In this document: piece by piece, positions 1-8,731 of the stretch
How positions within the stretch are numbered: the first letter of the stretch is position 1
How the letters are laid out: the number at the start of each line of letters is the position of its first letter
Virus record (IMG/VR): IMGVR_UViG_3300012979_000041
Coordinates: 6,377-70,376 of that record
DNA length: 64,000 nt
Reading direction: 5' to 3' (one strand)
Source of the DNA: a virus
Taxonomy: Duplodnaviria; Caudoviricetes
Translations under genes and position numbers: made by a program
The notes under the pieces: generated by a model
What the model was told of the DNA's origin: nothing
What the model saw: the letters and a program-made list of their open reading frames with translations, nothing else
Database searches by the model: none

Positions 1-213
1 ACTCCCATCCTGGATCCCAACTGGCTGTACATCATCCCCGGCGGTATGTCTGCCGACGCCCGCAACCTGAAGCTGGTGAACGAGGGTGCTGTGAACTCTA
101 TTGAGAACCAGAACATCGACGACATGGTCTTCGAAGTCCGTCTGGATCAGTGGTTCGGCGCTGCTTTCTGCGCTGGTCAGCTGCCAACCATCGGCGCTTA
201 CAAGATCAACTAA
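1..213 (+). CDS. Major capsid protein, C-terminal end (5' truncated)
   Basis: Open frame from base 1 (TPILDPNWLYIIPGG...GAYKIN) ending TAA TAA; strongly C-ending codon bias like the tail tube gene; upstream of neck genes and followed by a terminator. Confidence 0.6.
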   Translation, partial: TPILDPNWLYIIPGGMSADARNLKLVNEGAVNSIENQNIDDMVFEVRLDQWFGAAFCAGQLPTIGAYKIN

Positions 214-224
214 TAAACGATAGC

Positions 225-258
225 AGCAGGGGAGAGGGCAACCTCTCCCTTCTGCTTT
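225..258 (+). terminator. Intrinsic terminator hairpin after capsid gene
   Basis: GGAGAGG-GCAA-CCTCTCC stem-loop extended by AGCAG/CTGCT, followed by TTTG. Confidence 0.65.
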
Positions 259-280
259 GATTCGAAGAGAGGTATAAGGT

Positions 281-724
281 ATGATGGAAGAATCCTATCG
301 CGTATACAATCGGTGTAAACACGACATCGGTGTTGTTCAGATGAATGGCCTGCAGTCAAATATTAAAGCTGGAAGCTTTAAAATGATGTCTGCTATGGAC
401 ATTCAATACATTGAAAGCATCTGTAATGATACAAAGTTTTTTGCATCTAAGATGCTAGTAGCCGTGGACAAAGACGGCAAGGACGTGGACTTCGAGAAGA
501 TCGGCATCTATGTTGATGAAGATACTCAGGTTCATATGAATGACGACGAAATTACAGCTCTGCTTCGTAAGTCTGCGAAACAGATTGAAGCTGGGCTTAG
601 CAATATTGACGATCCCGCAGAGCTTCATGCTGTCTATATGGTGGCGAAGAACATGGATCTTCCCGCTTCAAAGCTGAAGATTCTAAAGGCGAAGATTCCT
701 GCCAAAGAGTGGCTTGAAGACTAA
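281..724 (+). CDS. Hypothetical head-associated protein (147 aa)
   Basis: Complete ORF with RBS, ends TAA; position between capsid and neck genes. Confidence 0.7.
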   Translation: MMEESYRVYNRCKHDIGVVQMNGLQSNIKAGSFKMMSAMDIQYIESICNDTKFFASKMLVAVDKDGKDVDFEKIGIYVDEDTQVHMNDDEITALLRKSAKQIEAGLSNIDDPAELHAVYMVAKNMDLPASKLKILKAKIPAKEWLED

Positions 725-733
725 TAAACGGAG

Positions 734-1162
734 GTGCGGTCAATGAGCGTCGCTATTATCAATTTGGCCGAGGAACTGAAAAGCAGGACCGAATGGCAAA
801 GAACTCCAGAACCTTTACTGTTGGAAAATTATAGCGACATGATCGTGTATGGTTTAAAAAGACTGTATATCGATACTGGCCGCGCACTGCAGTTTAAAGC
901 TGACTACATCAAAGAAGTCGATGGAGCTTAGATTTTCTCAGAGAATCTAGAGCTTGACGAAGAAGAATATGTGCTTATCTGTGCTCAAATCAATTTTTTC
1001 AAGAAAGTTCAAGCAGATGTAAACAACATCGTTGGTTATACAACAGACGCTTTAACTGTTACCAACGCCGATAAGCCGTATGTTCATCTTCAAGATACTA
1101 TCGATAAATTGGAACAAGAACGTAGAATCATCTACTATAAGATGGTGCGGTTTGCTTTATAA
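734..1162 (+). CDS. Putative head-tail connector/neck protein (1 in-frame TAG)
   Basis: ORFs 734..931 and 971..1162 are in the same frame, joined through TAG 929-931 (EVDGA*IFSENL); ends TAA. Confidence 0.65.
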
Positions 1163-1194
1163 GCAAAAAATGTGAAGGTTATAGGGTGAAAAGA

Positions 1195-1539
1195 ATGAAT
1201 GATTTTTCTGTAAAGATCGCCTACCGTAATCGCTCTTTAGAGAATGTAGGCGAAGAGACATATGATTTCGAACAATATTCGGAGATGATGAAGAGACAAT
1301 AGACTCGCATCATCGTGGATGTCGAAGATTTGCTGTATTATTTGCAAGATAATAAGTCCAAGGATGAATGGGACGAGGGAACGATGGTCAGGTTTCAGCA
1401 CATCAGACATAAGCTGCTGGATCAAGCCAACGCTATCGAACGACTACCTCGAAACCTCTATTATAAAGGCGTGAACTGCGCGAGCATTAGTTCGAGCGAG
1501 ATGGTTGCACGCATTATTGATTCTTTATCTAATAAGTGA
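1195..1539 (+). CDS. Hypothetical virion morphogenesis protein (1 TAG)
   Basis: ATG 1195, TAG 1300-1302 (MKRQ*TRII), ends TGA overlapping the next start. Confidence 0.65.
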
Positions 1540-2282
1540 TGGAAGGAGTCAGCGCTATGACGACAAAGCCATATATTGCTGAAGGAACAAAGTCAAGGTT
1601 CTTTATTCCGAGAACATTAGCTGCTGACTTTACTGAATTCCTCAGTAACGATATTCCAAATACGGTTATGGACTTTACCCTTCTCCATAATTGGTATGAC
1701 CAGTATAAAGAAGGTTATCAGCCTTCTACGATTCGATGTGAAATCTATCCAGATTCTACAAAGAGTCGATATGCGAACACGGATAACAACATGAATATTC
1801 GTGCCGATGTAAATAGCGGCATTGAAAAAGGTGACATGATCATTGATCCTAAAGGCATGGCGTATATTTTAGACTGGGAAGTTGCATAGCAAAGCAACAA
1901 TGCTCCTTCTCGAGCGCTGCGTTGCAATATGCATTTAACGATGTTCAGACACCAAGAAGAAGTTGTCGATATTGATGGGTACGTTATCGAGGAAGAGTGC
2001 GACAAGATCTTGTTTGAAAAGCTTCCAGCAAATGCTTACCGATATGACGGAAGACCTGAGTATAGTGCTATTTCTGGTACTCCTGGTTTGTCGGCCAATG
2101 CGCTAACCATTATTACCGTTCAAATGAACAATGAAACAAAAAGCATTCGAGTTGATGACAAGTTCGTATGGGGTAACGAGACATATGTTGTTATCGACAT
2201 CAGTTATGCTGGAGTGAACGAAATTCACGATACCGGTACTTAGGTTCTTCAAACTAAGAAGGTTGCTGGCGGTGCTGTATAA
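1536..2282 (+). CDS. Putative head-closure / head-tail joining protein (2 TAG)
   Basis: ORFs 1536..1889 and 1929..2243 joined through TAGs (WEVA*QSNN, DTGT*VLQTKK); TAA overlaps next ATG (TAATG). Confidence 0.65.
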
Positions 2283-2809
2283 TGAGTGAGATACAAAATA
2301 GCGTTATGTTATTGTAGTCTGAGAGAGTAAAAAGCTTTGAGCTAACTGCTGACGCTTTCGCACGATCAAGATTCATGCTGCGGAGTTCTGAATACGGGGA
2401 CAACGAAGAAGAAATTGCTGCATTGCAAAACATTGCTGAGAATATAAAGTGTACGGTCGAAACCTCCGATGGAGGTGTATCGTTGAATATAGATTTCGAC
2501 AATGGTGATAGAGGCAATTATCTTGAAGTTGTAGAGAACGGCATGCCTGCACCATAGACTGGCGGCGACAATGGCGTTGTAACGAATCCAGATGGATCTA
2601 CAAGACTCAGTGAAGTCCCGCAGCAGTTATGGGGAAATCCCATCGAAGAGTATTCTGAACAAGGATCTGAAATACTTCAGGAAATTAAGACGATGCTTAC
2701 TTCTTTATTCAAGACTTATGTCGAAGATGTAATTAGCGACTGCAGGTCTGAGATAACGAAGATAGCTAAAGAATATGTAGAGAACGAACTTCGGAAAACA
2801 TAGAAATAA
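2282..2809 (+). CDS. Putative tail completion/neck protein (3 TAG)
   Basis: TAATG-coupled start at 2282, continuous through three TAGs to TAA 2807-2809. Confidence 0.6.
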
Positions 2810-2825
2810 TCGGAGGTGAGTAGGT

Positions 2826-3296
2826 TTGGCTCAATAGGTATGGATAAAAGACTGGAACGAAATCATCAGAAAAATATTCTTTGCCGACTGCGAACTGAAA
2901 ACTCTGATGAAACTTCCTGAAGATACAAACATTATCACATTCATAGACAAGTACTTTATTAAGTCTAGTTGGACGAACACAACTCTAACTGACGAAGACG
3001 TGAGAATTGTATACTGGACAGGCAATGGTTCCGATACTGCAGTTCCAAACGTGAAAAGAAATATGATCACGTTCGACATCTACGTAAAAACGAAGGATAT
3101 TCATAACGTCGGTAGAGATCGTCTGATGATGCGCACAGTACTTATTGCTAATAGAATTCAAAAGCTATTAACATCGAAGCGATATACGCAGGAAACAGGA
3201 TATAGATTCTGGCCTGCTGGTGAATGGGATTCTGGAACGAAGACTCCAGGATACTCAAGATACACTATCGCTTTTTATTATATGGAGGTTTACTGA
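2826..3296 (+). CDS. Putative tail terminator protein (1 TAG at codon 4)
   Basis: GGAGG RBS, TTG start (MAQ*VWIKDWNEIIR), in frame with ORF 2907..3296, ends TGA; immediately upstream of tail tube gene. Confidence 0.6.
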
Positions 3297-3377
3297 TCTC
3301 CAATTCCTACAATATTAAGCTTGCGTTTGTAGGAGGACACAAGTTTAGTATATAAATAAATGAAAGAAGTGAATCAT

Positions 3378-4979
3378 ATGGCTACTTATGTGAAGGCTTA
3401 TAATGGCTATATTGCTGACGTTCCTCATTTCTGGTTCAAACGTTGCGATGGCCGCATCTTCTATTTCGACGAGTAGACCAATGCCTCTGTGACTCCTCAG
3501 GTGAACTACACCGAGGTTAACGCTAAACACAACTGGCGCTTTGCAATGTGAATTGCATCGAATAACCTATCTAAACGGAGAAACTCCCAGATTCGTACAT
3601 AGAGCTTCTGGGACAACTTACCGTGCTAAAGCGTAAGGAGTATTTTTTTATGGAAAGAAGTTATACAGTATACATGCATGTTAATAAGATTAACGGCAAA
3701 GTATATGTTGGGATTACTGTTTTGCTGCCGGAAATTCGCTGGGGAAAGAATGGATCAAACTATAAACAGTCTCCGTATTTCTGGTATGCAATACAAAAAT
3801 ATGAATGGGAAAACTTCGACCATGTCATATTAGCGCAAGGATAGACAAAAGAAAATGCCGCCAGCGAAGAGCGTCGATTGATTGCTGAAAAGAAAGCAAA
3901 AGATCCTCGTTTTGGTTACAATCTTGCATCTGGCGGATATAGTCAGCCTGGAGAAGACAATCCTTTTTTCGGACACACTCATTCTGAAGAGGTTAAAAAA
4001 GCTATTTCGGAAAGAAACAGACACAGAGTTTGGACTGAAGAGTCCAAACAGAAATGTCGAGAGAAATAGCTTGGAGAGAAAAGCCCTCGAGCAAAAGCTG
4101 TGTTATGTGTTGAAACTGGCGAAATATACCAAACAATAAAGATCGCAGCTGAAGCTATGAATGTGACACCCGGTAAAATATGCGATGTTCTTAAAGGAAG
4201 ACATAAGACTTGCGCCGGCTATCATTGGCAATATTCTGAACGTAAAGCCTAACGACTATCCGGGAACGGAGTAGAATCAAGTGATTCGAAAAGATAGGCA
4301 TCTCTTTGAGATGATGATATAGTCTGATCTGCGTAGCAATACGCAGCTGCGTTAATTCGCGGGTAGAGAGTAACGATCTCTACTGAACGTATTGGGTTGG
4401 TCTATGTACCCCGTGGCTTATCTGCCCGGTCAATCCACTTTTGAGATGAACATTACTTCTGGTAAGTTCTATCCCGACCTGTTCTCCATGGCTAATGCCA
4501 CTGATTTCGAGAGCAATGATACTTTCCTGACTCCCTTCACCGAGACTCTGGACGTGGCCGCCGATAAGTCTCTGACTCTGTCTCATGAGCCTGCTGGCGA
4601 TATCTTCATCGAGGGTCTGTCTGCTGAAGACTACACCGTTGAAGGTTCCAAGGTGACTTTCACCGAGGATCAGACTGGTCCTATCCAGGTGACCTACGAG
4701 TATACCCAGACTGCTCACGAGGCTCTGATCGACAACAAGAGCGCTGCCATTGGCGAGGCTATTATGGTGTATCCTGTGTATGGCTCCGGCGACGACTGCA
4801 CTCAGTCTGCCATCATCGGCGAAGTCGTGATGAAGGTGTTCAAGGCTCGCGTTACCGGTCAGCCTGGTCTGAACGGCAGCTACAAGTCTGCTTCTACTTT
4901 CGATCTGACTCTGAGCGCTATGGACGCTAAGCGTTCCGACGGTGCTACTTATTCTATCGCTTACGTGAAGAAGGCTTAA
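3378..4979 (+). CDS. Major tail (tube) protein, spliced: exon1 3378-3524, exon2 4395-4979 (1 TAG)
   Basis: Joining gives ...YTEVNA|[23 protein letters not shown]...; capsid-like codon bias; TAG 3474-3476 (FYFDE*TNAS). Confidence 0.8.
3525..4394 (+). mobile_element. Group I self-splicing intron (phage IA2-like) in the tail tube gene, carrying a homing endonuclease
   Basis: Exon ends in U, intron ends in G; core elements AACGACTATC (~4251) and GATGATATAGTCT (~4313); removal restores the frame. Confidence 0.85.
3650..4252 (+). CDS. Intron-encoded GIY-YIG homing endonuclease with C-terminal NUMOD-type DNA-binding repeats (2 TAG)
   Basis: [18 protein letters not shown]...QKYEWENF...GYNLASGG; TAG 3842 (AQG*TKENA) and 4067; ends TAA inside the intron core. 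Confidence 0.85.
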
Positions 4980-5049
4980 TCGAGATTTTGTTTCTTGTTT
5001 AAAAGGTTTATAAAAAAGGTTGTGGCAAGAGACGCGTAATACGCATTTA

Positions 5050-5083
5050 GGGCTACAGCTGTAATGGTTGTAGCCCTTTTTTA
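5050..5083 (+). terminator. Intrinsic terminator after tail tube gene
   Basis: GGGCTACA...TGTAGCCC stem followed by TTTTTT. Confidence 0.8.
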
Positions 5084-5106
5084 TTCGCTTGAAAGGACGA
5101 TAAGGT

Positions 5107-5577
5107 ATGAAGGAAAGATAGGTTCCAGCTGAAGCCTTGCCGAGCAAAGCTATCCCGGAAAACGAGAAGCCGGCAAAGGCAGTACCTTCGAAAACAAAGA
5201 AACCGAAGGAAGTTCCCAGTATTGAAAAAGAAGAAAATTGCATAATGCTTGGAGATCGTAAAGTAGAAATCAAGGCGACAAAATTAAAGTATTTCAGAAA
5301 CCGTACGGCATCGATCTATAGCGCATAGAAGATCGTGCCGCTATCTGAGTTTCTAGCCTATGATAAAGGCGTATTTGACCAAGAAAGAGATTCCGACCAA
5401 ATTCTATTCGATTTCTTAGTCGCGGTATTCGATAACAGCGCATAGGTTCGTACGTATTATGATGATATGACTTCAGAGGATATTGAAAAGATTCTCGAGA
5501 TATTTGGCCGGGTTAATCATATAAACGAAAAAGAAGAGACTGCAAGAAAAAACAGGGAAGCCCAGGCGAAGCCTTAA
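5107..5577 (+). CDS. Tail assembly chaperone (lambda G-like; 3 TAG)
   Basis: ATG 5107 to TAA 5575-5577 through three TAGs; between tail tube and TMP; slippery heptamer near its end. Confidence 0.7.
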
Positions 5578-5924
5578 GTCTTGACGAAGCTGCTGCGGCT
5601 GTCGCGGCTCACCTGGGTGAAGTTGACGAAGAAAAAATCGACAATATGGCCTACGTATGGTTTAACCTCGTGCTTGAAGCGATAGGCAAGAAACTGAATT
5701 ATGATTCTATTTCTAACCTGTATGGCAACAGTTTTGCCAAAGATGCTTCAAAGATCATTCAGGCGGCTAATCCGCTGGTCAAAGGTAGCGTTGCTAAAGG
5801 CGGGACAGTGGCCGATCTTGTTGGTACGGTTAAAATCATCGACGCTTCTCAGGCTCCCGATGCTGCTAAGAAGGCCGTTGAAGATAGTCTGGGAGATATT
5901 TCGTGGGCAGAAGGATTATTCTAA
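5547..5924 (+). CDS. -1 frameshift extension of the tail assembly chaperone (GT-like)
   Basis: A AAA AAC at 5547-5553 in register with 0-frame codons AAA AAC; -1 frame open from there to TAA 5922-5924 (...LDEAAAAVAAHLGEVDEEKIDNMAYVWFN...). Confidence 0.7.
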   Translation, partial: KKQGSPGEALSLDEAAAAVAAHLGEVDEEKIDNMAYVWFNLVLEAIGKKLNYDSISNLYGNSFAKDASKIIQAANPLVKGSVAKGGTVADLVGTVKIIDASQAPDAAKKAVEDSLGDISWAEGLF

Positions 5925-5936
5925 GGAGATGATATT

Positions 5937-6263
5937 ATGTGTAAAGAAACAAAGAACGAAGAAGTATACTATGGTATCTATGACTTATAGATAGAACCAT
6001 TGGTTGAAATTGGCGTAGACACTATTTCGTTAGACGCCTAGGCCGAGGAAGAATACGAAAGAGAAGAACGTGAGGCAATCCAGAGTGAAACTTACGTTCC
6101 TGTCGAAAAGCCTCGGACGTTATTTATGGGCGTTGTTCCAGAGTGCGATGCGCAATGGGAAATAGTACCTCATGAAGAGGATATTCCTAAAAGTAAAAAT
6201 TGGTTTAGTAGGATAATTGATCGTATCCGTAGATTTATTAGAGGAATAGGAGAGAAGAAATAA
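5937..6263 (+). CDS. Hypothetical protein (2 TAG; missed by ORF track)
   Basis: GGAG RBS, ATG 5937, acidic protein ending TAA that overlaps the next ATG. Confidence 0.55.
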
Positions 6264-6700
6264 TGCTATATTCAGAGTATTTTGCAAAAGCTTATGAGGT
6301 TGCAATTTCCGAAATTGAAAGAACCGGTATTGTCTTTTAGGAACCTCATTATAGAATGTGGCTCACAGAAGAGAAGTAGACTCCAGATCAAGTGACAGAC
6401 TTTCCGATTACCTGGGAAGATGTTCGCGAAATTCTGGAACTCGAGGTAAAGAAAATTAACGCTTTACATGACAACACGCGAGCTGTGGTTGATTGGCTCT
6501 ACCTTGCCATTAACGAAGTTATTGAGCCGACAATGGTTGATCAGGAAAATGAATTACTTAAGAATGTTACAGAGTATATGAAGCTAAATGCTTCTTTAAA
6601 AGATCGCGAGAAAAACATCGAAAAGAAAGAGAAAGCGTTGGAAGACAAGAGCAATATTGTTCAGCTTACTCCGGGCATGAACTTTTCGAAAAGAAAGTAA
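6263..6700 (+). CDS. Hypothetical protein with C-terminal coiled coil (2 TAG)
   Basis: TAATG-coupled start, in frame with ORF 6392..6700, ends TAA. Confidence 0.6.
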
Positions 6701-6747
6701 AAAAAGTATGTTCCAATGTGAATACAATTAACGGTCGGATGGATGAC

Positions 6748-6771
6748 AAAAAGGGCCCGTTTGGGCCCTTT
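6748..6771 (-). terminator. Intrinsic terminator immediately after the helicase TAG
   Basis: AAAGGGCCC-GTTT-GGGCCCTTT perfect hairpin; U-tract on the - strand. Confidence 0.75.
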
Positions 6772-6773
6772 AA

Positions 6774-8621
6774 CTAACATCCAGACATGAAATTGACGAT
6801 TTCTTGGTTTACTTTAATGTCTTCAAGTGTCAATGGTTTCTCAAGGTATAACCCTTCGTAAGATGAGCAACGTGATAGTGCAACGTATGTCTGTCCCGCT
6901 GCGAAAGCATTTCCGTCGTATTTCAGAATAACTTTATCATAAGTTTTTCCTTGGGATTTGTGAATTGTTATTGCATATGCTGGCTTGACAGGGAACTGGC
7001 TGAATTGTCCGACCTCAACTTTGATTAGTTTGTTTTCTTTGCTATCAAATTCATATTCATATTTTTTCCATGTTTCTTTATCAACCGTATGTGTTGTTCC
7101 TTTTATCGTCACCGCAATAGAATTAGGATTGAGCGCGGCAATGATACCTATGGTTCCGTTGACCCAAAGTTTATTCGGTTCGTTTCGCAACATCATTACT
7201 TGCGCTCCGACTTTTAAACGAAGGAACTCGTCTGTAGGATACTGAGAAGGCTTGCCGAAATTACCGATAATAGTAGCACGATAAGTAAACTGTTCGCCAG
7301 GTAGTTTTTGCATCTGTTCTTTATTAATCTTATCAGCGCTTGCATTTTTTTCAGTTAGATACAAAATGCTTTCTTTCGAGGGAGCAGGCAAACAACGTTT
7401 GTTGATTTCTTTTAAGACGTATTCATTCACGTCTCCGATTCTAATTCTATTTAGAAGATCAATAAACATTGGATTATTTTGCCTGAAGACTTGCGTCAAG
7501 TTGATTGTTTTAAATGGGTTGGTTTTAAAAAGTTTGGTCCCGAAGAAAAAGAACGAAGAATATCTGCTAAGTAAGAATTCATGTACGGAAGTGTCTTTTC
7601 CCACTATCGGAGGAAGTTGATACAAGTCTCCGAATACAATAATTTGACAACCTCCAAACGGTAAGTTGTTTTCATGAACTTGTTTTAAGATAACATCGAT
7701 GGCATCAAAAACGTCTACGCGTACCATAGATATTTCATCGATAATAATGGTGTCGACATTTTTTAAACTTTCTTTTTTCTTGTCTGACACTTCTATTTCG
7801 TCAACATCTATGACTTCGTTTTTCAAACCGAAGAAAGAATGAATCGTCGCACCTTTTACATTGAGCGCGGCAATCCCAGTAGGAGCAAGCACGGCGACGT
7901 TCTTTTTTGTGGTATTTACAAAGTGACGAAGAATCACTGATTTACCTGTGCCGGCTTTACCTGTGACAAAGAAGTTATCAGAACTTGACTCCATAGCATT
8001 AATTGCAGCGGCTTGCTCTTTTGAAAGAGTTATTCCTTCCGCTGTAGTTTCTAACGCCGGATTATTGCTTGAAACAATCATATTGTCTGAAAGATTTGAA
8101 ATGTCGTGTAAAACAGAGTTGAATGCTATGTCTGCTTTTAATAAAGACGATTGCCTATTTTGTATCTCAGACAGTTTCTCGTTTTGGTTTTTTAAAGAAA
8201 GCACCGTTGCTTCCAATTGAGCGTTCTTGGTTTCAAGAGCCTTGATGCGATTGAACACTTCTTTGGCATTTTTGTTTTGTTCTTCGATTTTTGCACGCAA
8301 AGTTTCTTGCTGAAAGTTAGATATAAAATCCTTGATTTTTATGGCATTTAAAAAAGAAACAATAAACCATGGAGAATTTTTGTTTTCCGAAACGATGAAA
8401 CATCCTCGTATGATTTTTTCTTTCGAGAACAACGAAGTTTTTGCGATTTGCTCTTCGAATTCTATACCGATAAAATTTACATCGTAAGACGAAGAGAACA
8501 CTAGAGAATTATTAAAACTAACGGAAATTATGTCGTGTGAAATGTGCATAATGCAATCTGTTAGGTTGTTATCTTTATTATACCACCGTATTGGAACGTT
8601 AAGCACGATATTGTTATCCAT
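6774..8621 (-). CDS. PIF1/RecD-like SF1B helicase with N-terminal domain and coiled coil (moron; no internal TAG, ends in TAG)
   Basis: GKAGTGKS Walker A, IIIDEISMV, FGDLYQLPP, AYAITIHKSQG, GQTYVALSR motifs; AAAGGAG RBS; antisense to the structural operon. Confidence 0.9.
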   Translation of the reverse strand: MDNNIVLNVPIRWYNKDNNLTDCIMHISHDIISVSFNNSLVFSSSYDVNFIGIEFEEQIAKTSLFSKEKIIRGCFIVSENKNSPWFIVSFLNAIKIKDFISNFQQETLRAKIEEQNKNAKEVFNRIKALETKNAQLEATVLSLKNQNEKLSEIQNRQSSLLKADIAFNSVLHDISNLSDNMIVSSNNPALETTAEGITLSKEQAAAINAMESSSDNFFVTGKAGTGKSVILRHFVNTTKKNVAVLAPTGIAALNVKGATIHSFFGLKNEVIDVDEIEVSDKKKESLKNVDTIIIDEISMVRVDVFDAIDVILKQVHENNLPFGGCQIIVFGDLYQLPPIVGKDTSVHEFLLSRYSSFFFFGTKLFKTNPFKTINLTQVFRQNNPMFIDLLNRIRIGDVNEYVLKEINKRCLPAPSKESILYLTEKNASADKINKEQMQKLPGEQFTYRATIIGNFGKPSQYPTDEFLRLKVGAQVMMLRNEPNKLWVNGTIGIIAALNPNSIAVTIKGTTHTVDKETWKKYEYEFDSKENKLIKVEVGQFSQFPVKPAYAITIHKSQGKTYDKVILKYDGNAFAAGQTYVALSRCSSYEGLYLEKPLTLEDIKVNQEIVNFMSGC

Positions 8622-8731
8622 ATTACTGCTCCTTTTGCAAGTATTAGGAAACTAAAAATGGTGCGTTCAATTAGTCAAATAAAATGATACCCATGTTCGA
8701 AGTAAAAGTCAATAAAAAAGGAGGAAATACA

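Noticed and set aside
4380-5273. 297-aa - strand ORF and the many other antisense or alternate-frame ORFs in the track
   Set aside because: Shadows of biased-codon real genes on the opposite strand or frame; no motifs or RBS.
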